DNA of 64,000 nt from Candidatus Zhuqueibacterota bacterium (GTDB lineage: Bacteria; Zhuqueibacterota; Zhuqueibacteria; Residuimicrobiales; Krinioviventaceae): contig JAFGSB010000071.1 of assembly GCA_016934825.1 (NCBI GenBank), positions 23,349 to 87,348 on the forward strand, given 5' to 3'. The notes beneath the pieces are model-generated. The model made no database searches, was not told the DNA's origin, and saw only the letters and a list, made by a program, of their open reading frames with translations. This document shows positions 9,813 to 19,133 of the stretch, one piece after another. Every line of letters begins with the position of its first letter. Position 1 is the stretch's first letter. Position numbers and translations under genes: made by a program.

Positions 9813-11777
9813 ATGAAATTTAAAAGCTGCTGTTGTCTTGTTTTGTTTTTATTCATGGTCACTTTTACCGCGTTAGTTCAGGCAAAAACCTACGATATTT
9901 CGTCCCCGGATAAAAATATTAAAGTACGGGTTAGCGTGGACAGGAATATCACCTGGTCTGTATCATATTCTGATAAAGAAATTATAGCCCCCTCGCCGGT
10001 TTCCATGACCATCGATAACGGTGTTGTGCTCGGGTTGAATCCAAAAATCGTTAAGGCGGAAAAGGAATCGGTGAAAAATGAGATCACCCCGGTCGTGAAA
10101 GAAAAAAGAAGCCTTATCCCGGATATTTACAACAAACTTGACCTGACATTTAAAAATAATTTCGGATTGGAATTCCGCGCTTACAATGACGGCGCCGCCT
10201 ACCGGTTTTTGACCACGTTCGATAATAAAATCAAGGTCTACAACGAGGAAGCGACTTTTGTTTTCGCGGAAAACGATTCCGTGGTCGCGGCGTTTGAGCC
10301 TTCTTTTCATACGTCCTTTGAAAAATTGTACGATTATATCGCCATCGCCAGCATTGCCCCGGATCACAAATGTTATCTGCCGGTTTTTGTCGTCAAGGAA
10401 AACGGCCTCCGGGTGGCGGTCACCGAATCCGATCTGGACGATTATCCCGGACTGTTTGTGCGCGGTTCCGGTGATTATTCGGCTACGTTTACCGGCCAGT
10501 TCGCGCCTTATCCGCTTGAGGAAGAACAAACCCGCGACCGCACCCTGCGGGTCACAAAGACAGCCGATTATATTGCCGAAACAGGTGGCACACGCTCGTT
10601 CCCGTGGCGGGTGCTGATGATCGCGGAAAACGACGTCAAACTGATCGAAAACGATATTGTCTACCGGCTGGCCAAGCCGCTGCAGTTAAAGGATACGGCA
10701 TGGATCAAGCCGGGCAAGGTCGCGTGGGACTGGTGGAACGCCCTGAATCTGCACGGGGTGAATTTCAAAGCGGGGATCAACACGGAAACCTACAAATATT
10801 ATATCGATTTCGCCTCCAGGCACGGCATCGAATATATCATTTTAGACGAAGGCTGGTCGGACACCGAAGATCTGCTCAGGCTGAAACCCGAGGTGGACCT
10901 GAAAGAACTGATCCGCTACGGCAGCGAAAAGAACGTCGGCATCATCCTGTGGTGCGTGTGGCTGACGGTCGACAAACAGCTTGACGAGGCGTTTACAAAG
11001 TTTGAGGAATGGGGCGTTAAAGGCGTGAAAATCGATTTTATGGACCGCGACGACCAAAAGATCGTCAACTGGTATCGCAAGGTCACGGCGGCGGCCGCGG
11101 AGCACCACCTGTTGGTGGATTATCACGGCGCGTACAAGCCGACCGGACTGAGGCGGGCGTATCCCAACCTGCTCACCCGCGAGGGCGTGCGCGGCTCCGA
11201 GTACAACAAGTGGGCGGACGATATTACGCCGGATTATAACGTCACCATTCCGTTCACGCGCATGCTGGCCGGACCGATGGACTATACGCCCGGCGCGATG
11301 CGCAACGCGGAAAAGGGAAACTTTAACGCGGTGTTCGAGCGGCCCATGTCCCAGGGAACCCGCGTCAACCAGCTGGCCATGTACGTGGTATATGAAAGTC
11401 CCCTGCAAATGCTGTGCGACACGCCGACCAATTACGAAGCCGAACCCTACGTGATGAAATTTCTGGGTCCCGTGCCGTCCGTGTGGGACGAAACCATCGG
11501 CCTGCAGGGGAAAATATCGGATTATGTGGTTGTGGCGCGCCGCAGCGGTCAGGACTGGTACGTCGGCGCCATGAACGACTGGACGCCCCGGACGCTGAAA
11601 CTGGACCTGTCGTTTTTAGGCGACGGCGATTACAAGGTGCTGCTCTATCGGGACGGTCCCAACGCGGAGCGTTTCGCAGAGGATTACCAGGCAATCATCA
11701 CCACCGCGCGCAAAGGCGATGTTTTCGAGCTCAACTTAGCCCCCGGCGGCGGCTGGGTGGGGAGGTTTTATAAATAG
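9813..11777 (+). CDS. GH97 family glycoside hydrolase (SusB-like alpha-glucosidase/alpha-galactosidase), secreted
   Basis: Signal peptide plus GH97 hallmarks (KPGKVAWDWWNALNLHG, IILDEGW, C-terminal LAPGGGWVGRF). 654 aa is the typical size. RBS GGAGGG. Confidence 0.8.
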   Translation: MKFKSCCCLVLFLFMVTFTALVQAKTYDISSPDKNIKVRVSVDRNITWSVSYSDKEIIAPSPVSMTIDNGVVLGLNPKIVKAEKESVKNEITPVVKEKRSLIPDIYNKLDLTFKNNFGLEFRAYNDGAAYRFLTTFDNKIKVYNEEATFVFAENDSVVAAFEPSFHTSFEKLYDYIAIASIAPDHKCYLPVFVVKENGLRVAVTESDLDDYPGLFVRGSGDYSATFTGQFAPYPLEEEQTRDRTLRVTKTADYIAETGGTRSFPWRVLMIAENDVKLIENDIVYRLAKPLQLKDTAWIKPGKVAWDWWNALNLHGVNFKAGINTETYKYYIDFASRHGIEYIILDEGWSDTEDLLRLKPEVDLKELIRYGSEKNVGIILWCVWLTVDKQLDEAFTKFEEWGVKGVKIDFMDRDDQKIVNWYRKVTAAAAEHHLLVDYHGAYKPTGLRRAYPNLLTREGVRGSEYNKWADDITPDYNVTIPFTRMLAGPMDYTPGAMRNAEKGNFNAVFERPMSQGTRVNQLAMYVVYESPLQMLCDTPTNYEAEPYVMKFLGPVPSVWDETIGLQGKISDYVVVARRSGQDWYVGAMNDWTPRTLKLDLSFLGDGDYKVLLYRDGPNAERFAEDYQAIITTARKGDVFELNLAPGGGWVGRFYK

Positions 11778-11925
11778 GGGTGAATATTTTGGGGAATAAC
11801 GATTTTGCAGGGGCAATCGATCCGGTAACCATGACAGGTAATTTGAGGGGCGAGGTTTGCCTTGCCCCTACGAATCCCTTTCGAAAAATATTTTCTAAAA
11901 AAATCTTCTTTTTTCTCAAAAGCTC

Positions 11926-11954
11926 TTGATTTTTTCATTTTTACATGTTATAAT
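11926..11954 (+). promoter_or_regulatory. Consensus sigma70-type promoter (TTGATT -17 nt- TATAAT)
   Basis: TTGATT at 11926-11931 and TATAAT at 11949-11954 with a 17-nt spacer, lying in an otherwise gene-free 450-bp gap. Confidence 0.6.
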
Positions 11955-11960
11955 CTGTTT

Positions 11961-12044
11961 GAACGAAAGCGGAGGGAGGTTTATAAAGATATTTTTAAGA
12001 GGCGCCATAATAATTGTGCGGTCAAATATTATGGCGCTTTTTTT
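11961..12044 (+). ncRNA. Candidate small RNA (or short terminated leader), roughly 85 nt, ending in an intrinsic terminator
   Basis: The transcript is predicted to start about 7 nt after TATAAT. A perfect 11-bp stem (GCGCCATAATA/TATTATGGCGC, 12002-12012/12027-12037) is followed by T7 (12038-12044). It contains GGAGGGAGG but no in-frame ATG/GTG ORF of meaningful length. Confidence 0.45.
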
Positions 12045-12230
12045 GTGTTTTTAGGGTCTGCCGGGATATTCCCCCTACAGTTGCTTCGGAACAGGGGTAT
12101 TTGTCTTTTTTGTTATGTTTTTTGTTTGGTGTTGTGATGCGGGGCCTGGAAATGAATCACCATTTTTCTCAACGTTTGCAGTAAATATTAAGAATAATAA
12201 AATTAAAAATAATATTTTCGAGGAGTTGAG

Positions 12231-13577
12231 ATGGACCTGAAAGGTTGTAACAAGATTCTTGAAAAAGGTTATCCCAATCGCGACGATCTGGCAAAATTTC
12301 CTCTGGGTGATAAACTACGGGAACTGGACCTGCTGGCGTGGACCAAAACGGCGCGGACGATCAAGTTAAAAGAAGATGAACTGGACCTGGGAAGAACAGA
12401 GCTTGAAGAAAAATTAAAAGCCGATAAAAGAATGCTGGAGGAAGAACAACTTGGTGAGATCTATCGGAAACATATATCGCGTGTTATAAGCTGTATTAAT
12501 CACCTGGTGGAACCGGACTTTAAAGGTTTTATTGAAAGAGTGCCCGAAACTATATGGGCGAATGATCCATTATCCTCGTATATCAAATTTATTGACAGTT
12601 TAAAAAAAGAGGAAGATACCAGAAAGTTTCTTCGCTTTGTCGCCCTGTATCACGATATCGGCAAGGTGACCCACCGTGATCGTCACCCTATACTTGGCAG
12701 GCATATTTTGGAGAGTTTGTCGGACAGAGACACCAACGATTTTAAAAATATACTTGGCAAACGCTTTTCAATGATGATCCAGCTTATCGCCTATCATGAT
12801 CTTTTCGGGGTTTTATGCACAGGGGAGGCGTCCCGACCGGTGCTCATCGACGCGTTACGCCACAAGGAGGCGGAAAAATCGATCAGCTGCCTGGTGACGT
12901 TAAATCTGGCCGATATAGCAGGCACCCTGCCTGAAATGAGAATGGAAATAATGCATACGGTGCTGAGCGACTGGTTATTTATGAAAAATTTGCTTGAAGA
13001 GCAAAGACCTGAACATGGTATAATTTATCGAAGCGCTTTGGAAAAGCAGATACTTTCGCAGGCGCAGGAACAGGAACGGACAACGGAACGGATACGGCGT
13101 CTGCTTGTAACCATTATTTTCAGGGTCAACAACAATGCCGATTTGAAAGAAACCCTTATAAAGAGCGTCACCAGTGATCTTGTTTTGGATGCGCTGAAAA
13201 CCCGACTCGGACCTGAACTTTTGGTGTTTTGTTACGATTTTGCCCTGGTCTGCAAACTGGACTATTTACTGAGATTTTTTATCGATTTGATTTCCAAATG
13301 GATTGAATTAAAAATTGAAGAAAAACCTGATAATGGGGATATAGATATACGAGAGATTATATTTATCATCCTGGAAATTCTGGTGAGGCTGGTTACAAAT
13401 TACCGCGACCTGACCCACCAGCGGGAAGGATGGCCGCGGCGGATCGGCCTGGAATTGCTGGGAATCACCCGCGCTAAAGATATATCACAACGTGTTATTG
13501 ACCTTTTGCTAAAAGGACGGCATATAGAGGGCGTCAACTGGATTGCGGATGAAGCCACTGCCTGGTATTTTATTTAA
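12231..13577 (+). CDS. HD-domain phosphohydrolase-like protein of unknown function
   Basis: 448 aa, cytoplasmic. H...HD...H...HD...D pattern (FVALYHDIGKVTHRDRHPILGRHI...IAYHDLFG...NLADIAG). No GYP, Cas3 or dGTPase signatures recognised. RBS GAGGAG. Confidence 0.6.
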   Translation: MDLKGCNKILEKGYPNRDDLAKFPLGDKLRELDLLAWTKTARTIKLKEDELDLGRTELEEKLKADKRMLEEEQLGEIYRKHISRVISCINHLVEPDFKGFIERVPETIWANDPLSSYIKFIDSLKKEEDTRKFLRFVALYHDIGKVTHRDRHPILGRHILESLSDRDTNDFKNILGKRFSMMIQLIAYHDLFGVLCTGEASRPVLIDALRHKEAEKSISCLVTLNLADIAGTLPEMRMEIMHTVLSDWLFMKNLLEEQRPEHGIIYRSALEKQILSQAQEQERTTERIRRLLVTIIFRVNNNADLKETLIKSVTSDLVLDALKTRLGPELLVFCYDFALVCKLDYLLRFFIDLISKWIELKIEEKPDNGDIDIREIIFIILEILVRLVTNYRDLTHQREGWPRRIGLELLGITRAKDISQRVIDLLLKGRHIEGVNWIADEATAWYFI

Positions 13578-13592
13578 TATGGAGATAAAAAC

Positions 13593-14291
13593 ATGAAAAC
13601 GATCGGATTGGTTGGCGGAACCGGCTGGATTTCGAGTGTAGATTATTACCGGATCATTAACCTGGAAATTAACAAACGGCTGGGCGGTCTCACTTTCGCG
13701 AAATGTATTTTGTATTCGGTCAACTATGGGGAAATAGACGATTTGAATAAACGCAATGATTTGGACGGGGTTTATTCTATTATCCTGGACGCGGCCGAAA
13801 AACTGGTCGGTATCGGGGCGGATTGTATCCTGTTATGCGCCAACACCCTGCACATGTTCGCCGACAGGCTGGAACATCAGATCCCGGTGCCGCTGATCCA
13901 TATTGCCGAAGCCACGGCGAAACACGTCAGGGCCAGGGGGCTGACCAAAGTCGGGCTGCTCGGCAGCCGGGACACGATGGAAAAGGACTTTTATAAAGCA
14001 AAGCTGAATAAAGAGAATATTCAGGTTATTGTCCCGGAAAAAGATGACAGGGAATTTATCCATAACACGATTTTGAATGAAATTCTGAAAGAGATTTTGA
14101 GTAAAACAAGCAGGGCGCGTTTTCTGGACATCATCAGTAAACTGCAAGAACAGGGAGCGGAAGGTATCGTGCTGGGCTGCACCGAAATTCCGTTACTGAT
14201 TAAACAATCGGATGTCGAAATCCCGGTATTTAATACCACTGTCATTCATTCTTTGGCCGCGGTCGATTTTGCGCTGGGGGAAACAGAATAA
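13593..14291 (+). CDS. Aspartate/glutamate racemase family protein (aspartate racemase-like)
   Basis: MKTIGLVGGTGWISSVDYY N-terminus, two catalytic Cys contexts (LLCANTLH and LGCTEIPLL), 232 aa. Confidence 0.75.
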   Translation: MKTIGLVGGTGWISSVDYYRIINLEINKRLGGLTFAKCILYSVNYGEIDDLNKRNDLDGVYSIILDAAEKLVGIGADCILLCANTLHMFADRLEHQIPVPLIHIAEATAKHVRARGLTKVGLLGSRDTMEKDFYKAKLNKENIQVIVPEKDDREFIHNTILNEILKEILSKTSRARFLDIISKLQEQGAEGIVLGCTEIPLLIKQSDVEIPVFNTTVIHSLAAVDFALGETE

Positions 14292-14463
14292 AATTCCAAC
14301 TTTTATTTTTATGGATAAAAACTTTTCCGATCAATTTTTTTGCCGCCCCAATGTGTCAATTCTGATTTTGTGTTGAATTTTATGGTTTTTTCTTGTATTA
14401 TTATTTTTATTTAACCTGAATTTATAAAAAATCGGTACCAACATATTTTATTTCGGAGTTCGA

Positions 14464-15309
14464 ATGAAGTTTTTCGGGACCAAAGATATCAAGGTGTTTG
14501 TAGAAAGAGCGCTTTTAAAAAGAACAGAACTGAACGGGAAAATTGTGATCGATATTCCGGCCGGTTCCGGTCACTCAACCAGAATATTACAGCGTATGGG
14601 GGCAAAGGTAGAATCCTATGATCTGTTTCCTGAGTTTTTTAATGTAGGGGATATAACCTGCAACAAAGTCGATCTGTCACGGAAACAGCCTAAACAAAGT
14701 CAGTACGCCGATTATGTGCTCTGCCAGGAGGGAATCGAGCATGTATCGGACCAGCTTTTTATGCTTCAGGAATTGAACCGTATCCTGAAAAAGGGCGGCA
14801 TATTGTTTCTGACAACGCCGAATCATTCAAAGCTGAGATCGAAATTCAGTTACCTGCTCTCGGAAAGTGAGTATTCTTACAAGATCATGCCGCCGAACGA
14901 AATGGATTCGATCTGGTTTTCGGACAATAAAGTGAGCGATAATATTTATTTCGGGCATATTTTTTTGATCGGAATACAAAAATTGCGGGTGCTGGCGAGG
15001 CTTGCAGGATTCAGGATAAAAAAAATCCATCATCTCAGGGTCAACCGGACGTCCTTTTTCTTATTGCTATTATTTTATCCGCTGATATTTTTTGTCAATT
15101 TGTTCGCTTATATCAGGGCCATAAACAGCAAAAAAGGAATAAACAGGAAAGAAAAAACCGGTGTTTACGGCGAAATCCTGAAACTGGGCATTGATCCGCG
15201 TATTCTGTTTGATGGTCACCTGTTTGTCGAATTCGAAAAAGAATTCGAGTTGGATCAAGTTCAATCCATTTTGTTTGGTAAATATAAAGATTTTAATATC
15301 GTTACATAA
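14464..15309 (+). CDS. Class I SAM-dependent methyltransferase with C-terminal hydrophobic segment
   Basis: Motif I VIDIPAGSGHST plus acidic D/E loop (ESYDLF) and LKKGGILFLTTPN. Confidence 0.65.
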   Translation: MKFFGTKDIKVFVERALLKRTELNGKIVIDIPAGSGHSTRILQRMGAKVESYDLFPEFFNVGDITCNKVDLSRKQPKQSQYADYVLCQEGIEHVSDQLFMLQELNRILKKGGILFLTTPNHSKLRSKFSYLLSESEYSYKIMPPNEMDSIWFSDNKVSDNIYFGHIFLIGIQKLRVLARLAGFRIKKIHHLRVNRTSFFLLLLFYPLIFFVNLFAYIRAINSKKGINRKEKTGVYGEILKLGIDPRILFDGHLFVEFEKEFELDQVQSILFGKYKDFNIVT

Positions 15310-15687
15310 TGTCCGGACTTTCGTTGTCGGGTTGTCTGCTCCGGTATGTCCAGTGTACATACTTTTGTTTTGGGGAAATATGCTGTTATAATCATTACTG
15401 TTCAATCATATTGTTAAAAGCAAAATTGTTGTATTGTTTGGTTTTTTTATTAAATTATGATCACTTTACGGGGGAGCGATACTTGCGGGACGAAAATTGT
15501 ACGACGGGATTCTTGCGTATACGGAATTGTGTGATAAATATATTTTATTGTGCGGACGGTATGATATTTTTTATATGATAATATAAAATATTGTGAAAAC
15601 ATCATTTTCTGCGGTTCGATTTTATCAGGACAGGCTTTAGTCTGTGAACTTTGAAAAATAGAATTAATTCGATGTGAGGATTCTCTT

Positions 15688-16281
15688 ATGCAGGAATATG
15701 TCAATATTTCAAGAATTGAGCTTGAACAAAAGATCACGAATCGGGAAGTCAGACCTCTTCGAATCCTGATTGCGGGAATGTTCGGTTGCGTTTTTATTTT
15801 TTTGTCTGTTATACTATATATGTACAACAGGAATATAAATAACCCTGCCGTTATCGAAAATCAACCTTATTTATTTTCTATTCTTCTGGCCGCCATGTTA
15901 TTTTTAGCGATTCCGCAGTATTTATTGTTATTCCTTTTACCCAGGATTTTATTATCGCCGGGTAAAATAAAAGCCAGATTGACACAACCTGTATATTATA
16001 AAAGGAGAGGATTAATAGAAGATCCTGTTAAAATATTATTACTTCTATATCGGCATGTTGTTATCTTGCGCTTTTCTTTATTGGAAGGAGTGGCGTTTTA
16101 CGGCCTTGGGATTTTATTTCTGAGTGTGATGAACGGTGCAATTTACGAACAATCCCAATATTGGCTGGCTTTATTTCCTCTGGTAATTATGATTATTTTC
16201 GGTTATTTGTTTTTCCCGTCACGGGAGAAAATAATTTTTTACATTGAAAATAATATGTTAAACAAAATCAAGAATATTTGA
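15688..16281 (+). CDS. Hypothetical integral membrane protein
   Basis: 197 aa with four to five hydrophobic helices. AT-rich. No recognisable family. Confidence 0.4.
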   Translation: MQEYVNISRIELEQKITNREVRPLRILIAGMFGCVFIFLSVILYMYNRNINNPAVIENQPYLFSILLAAMLFLAIPQYLLLFLLPRILLSPGKIKARLTQPVYYKRRGLIEDPVKILLLLYRHVVILRFSLLEGVAFYGLGILFLSVMNGAIYEQSQYWLALFPLVIMIIFGYLFFPSREKIIFYIENNMLNKIKNI

Positions 16282-16369
16282 ATGCTTGTTTCTTCATAGT
16301 ATAAATTATTTTTGTACAGTATAATTATTTTATCTGTAAATTTTCATGTACTTTATTCGAGGAGAGGAA

Positions 16370-17629
16370 ATGACATCAAAAGAACGGGTCCTTGCCAGTT
16401 TAAATCATAAACAACCGGACGCCGTCCCGATTGATTTCGGCTCTACCGCTGTTACCGGTATACATGTGAATTGTATAGCCGCCCTGCGCGATTATTTCGG
16501 TCTTGAAAAAAGGCCAGTCAAGGTGCATGAGCCCTATCAAATGCTCGGACTGGTGGAACCCGATCTGCAGGAGGCGCTGAAACTGGACATCGAAGGCGTA
16601 TTCCCTCCGGAAACCATGTTTGGTTTTGAGATTAAGAACTGGAAACCCTGGAAACTGCATAACGGCCTGGAATTATTGGTCCCCGGGTTATTTAATACGA
16701 TGGTAGATGAAAATGGTGACACGCTCATTTTCCCAAAGGGCGATACGGCAGTTGAACCCAGCGGTAAAATGCCGAAAACCGGTTACTTTTTTGATTCCAT
16801 CATCAGGCAGGAACCGCTTGATGACAGTACGCTGGATCCTGAGGACAACGTGGAAGAATTCGATCTGATCTCCGACAAACATCTCGGGTACTTTGCCGAA
16901 GAAGCTGAAAAAGCCGCCTCGACCGGCCGCGCCGTGATTGCCAACTACGGCGGCACCGCTCTGGGCGATATTGCGCTGGTGCCCGCGCCTTTTTTAAAGC
17001 ATCCCAAAGGGATACGGGATATTGAAGAGTGGTATATTTCAACATTGACCCGACCGGATTACATCCATCAGGTATTTGACAAACAGAGTGATATCGCGAT
17101 TAAAAATATGCAAAAGATCAAAGATGTTGTGGGTGACCGGGTCGATGTGGTTTTTATATGCGGTACGGATTTCGGCACCCAGAATTCGACATTTTGTTCA
17201 AAAGATACGTTTCGCAAATTATACATGCCCTATTATTCCCGCATGAATAACTGGATCCACCGAAACACAAACTGGAAAACGTTTAAACATTGTTGCGGGT
17301 CGATTGTCTCTCTGATCGAAGATATGATTGAATGCGGTTTTGATATCCTGAATCCGGTGCAAATTTCGGCCGCCGGAATGGACGCCAAATTTCTAAAAAA
17401 GGAATACGGAAAAGCCCTTGTATTCTGGGGCGGCGGTGTCGATACGCAAAATACGCTGCCCTTCGGCACGCCGGAAAATGTCAGAAAAGAGGTGCTGGAA
17501 AGATGTGAAATATTCTCAAGGGACGGCGGTTTTATATTTAATACGATCCATAATGTTCAGGCCAATACTCCGACGGAAAATCTTGTTGCCATGTTCAAGG
17601 CCGTGAATGAATTTAACGGCGTAAAGTAA
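16370..17629 (+). CDS. Uroporphyrinogen decarboxylase (URO-D) family protein (MtaA/CmuA-like)
   Basis: KERVLASLNHKQPDAVPIDFG N-terminal motif and TIM-barrel URO-D-like length. Start moved to MTSKERV, with GAGGAGAGGAA just upstream. Confidence 0.65.
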   Translation: MTSKERVLASLNHKQPDAVPIDFGSTAVTGIHVNCIAALRDYFGLEKRPVKVHEPYQMLGLVEPDLQEALKLDIEGVFPPETMFGFEIKNWKPWKLHNGLELLVPGLFNTMVDENGDTLIFPKGDTAVEPSGKMPKTGYFFDSIIRQEPLDDSTLDPEDNVEEFDLISDKHLGYFAEEAEKAASTGRAVIANYGGTALGDIALVPAPFLKHPKGIRDIEEWYISTLTRPDYIHQVFDKQSDIAIKNMQKIKDVVGDRVDVVFICGTDFGTQNSTFCSKDTFRKLYMPYYSRMNNWIHRNTNWKTFKHCCGSIVSLIEDMIECGFDILNPVQISAAGMDAKFLKKEYGKALVFWGGGVDTQNTLPFGTPENVRKEVLERCEIFSRDGGFIFNTIHNVQANTPTENLVAMFKAVNEFNGVK

Positions 17630-17692
17630 TATTTTTTTTTCTTTCCTGTAGTTTATAATATAAAATTTTTATCTGAGAGGAGTCGGGATTTG

Positions 17693-19018
17693 ATGGAACG
17701 GAAAAAAGTCTATGTTTATTTTGTTGCGTTTGTTGCTGCGGTCGGGGGCTTGTTGTTTGGATTCGATACGGCAATTATTGCCGGCGCCATGAGGTATTTC
17801 AGGGATGAGTTTTCCATAAACGCTTTGCAGGAAGGTTGGGCGGTGAGTAGCGCGCTAATCGGCTGTATAGGGGGCGCTGCCGTTGCCGGAACGGTCAGTG
17901 ACCGGATCGGCCGGAAACGTCTTCTCATTATTTCCGCAATCCTTTTTGCGCTCTCCGCCGTCGGTTCGGCGCTTCCGCGCAGTGTCAACGAATTCATGAT
18001 CGCCCGGTTTATCGGCGGCATCGGCGTCGGCTCGGCCGCCATGTTATCACCGCTTTATATATCGGAGATTTCTCCGGCACGTATCCGGGGGAGCCTGGTC
18101 TCCCTGAATCAAATGGCCATCGTCACCGGTATGCTGCTGGCGTATTTTATAAACTGGCTGCTTGCGGGTACAGGACCCGCAAACTGGCGCTGGATGTTCG
18201 GCACGGAGACTTTGCCGGCGGTTTTATTTCTCATTTTTATGTTTATTGTTCCCGAAAGTCCGAGATGGCTGGTCAAACAGGACCGTACCGGCGAGGCTCT
18301 GGACATATTGACCAGAATCAACAGCGCTGAAAAAGCAAAAGGCGAAATAAATGAAATCAGGGAGACGCTTGCCCGGGAAACCGGTTCGGTCAAACAACTG
18401 TTTCAACCGGGTCTGCGAATTGCCCTGGTTATCGGCGTCGTACTGGCGATTTTACAGCAGGTAACCGGTATCAACGCCGTTATGTATTATGCGCCGCGTA
18501 TATTCGAGTCCGTCGGTTTTGAGCGTTCTTCGGCCATTTTACAGTCCGTTATTATCGGCTTTGTCAATATGTTGCTGACCCTGGTCGCCATACTGGTGGT
18601 CGACAAACTGGGCCGGAAACCGTTGCTGCTCACAGCCTCGGCGGGGATGGGGATTTCTTTTGTATTGACGGCAATCGCTTTTGAATTTCAATTCTTTTCC
18701 GGTACATGGATTCTTATTTTCATTTTATTATATATCGCTTTTTTTGCCCTGGCGATGGGACCGGTCATCTGGGTGGTGCTGGCGGAAATTTTCCCGACCC
18801 GGATACGCGGCCGAGCCATGTCCATCTCGACCGTGTTTCTGTGGATAGCCTGTTTTGCCGTGTCCCTGACCTTTCCGGTGCTGGCGGACAAATTCAGTGA
18901 AGCTTTGAATTTTATTATTTACGCATTTATGTGTTTTGTCACTTTTATATTTGTTTGGCTGGTTCTCCCCGAAACGAAGGGAAAAAGTCTGGAAGAAATT
19001 GAAAAGTACTGGTTGTAA
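17693..19018 (+). CDS. MFS transporter, sugar porter family
   Basis: 12 TM helices, GRKRLL motif, PESPRWL motif and C-terminal PETKG motif. Confidence 0.85.
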   Translation: MERKKVYVYFVAFVAAVGGLLFGFDTAIIAGAMRYFRDEFSINALQEGWAVSSALIGCIGGAAVAGTVSDRIGRKRLLIISAILFALSAVGSALPRSVNEFMIARFIGGIGVGSAAMLSPLYISEISPARIRGSLVSLNQMAIVTGMLLAYFINWLLAGTGPANWRWMFGTETLPAVLFLIFMFIVPESPRWLVKQDRTGEALDILTRINSAEKAKGEINEIRETLARETGSVKQLFQPGLRIALVIGVVLAILQQVTGINAVMYYAPRIFESVGFERSSAILQSVIIGFVNMLLTLVAILVVDKLGRKPLLLTASAGMGISFVLTAIAFEFQFFSGTWILIFILLYIAFFALAMGPVIWVVLAEIFPTRIRGRAMSISTVFLWIACFAVSLTFPVLADKFSEALNFIIYAFMCFVTFIFVWLVLPETKGKSLEEIEKYWL

Positions 19019-19133
19019 ACTGTTAGAAAATGTAAAGAAAAGAGTTATACAATCGTTGTACAAAAAAACTTGATAATTTTCACCGGGTTTTCAAATTTAT
19101 GTATCAGTTATACAAATTTTTAAGGAAAAGAAA

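Noticed and set aside
9963-11408. Long antisense ORFs inside GH97 (9963-10529, 10842-11408) and similar ones inside the GH31 gene (58497-59105, 62178-62600)
   Set aside because: They lie entirely within strongly supported, motif-bearing genes on the opposite strand. They are typical GC-rich shadow ORFs.
11862-12137. 91-aa ORF spanning the small-RNA candidate region
   Set aside because: It overlaps the consensus promoter and the intrinsic terminator. It lacks an RBS and has an F/L-rich low-complexity translation.
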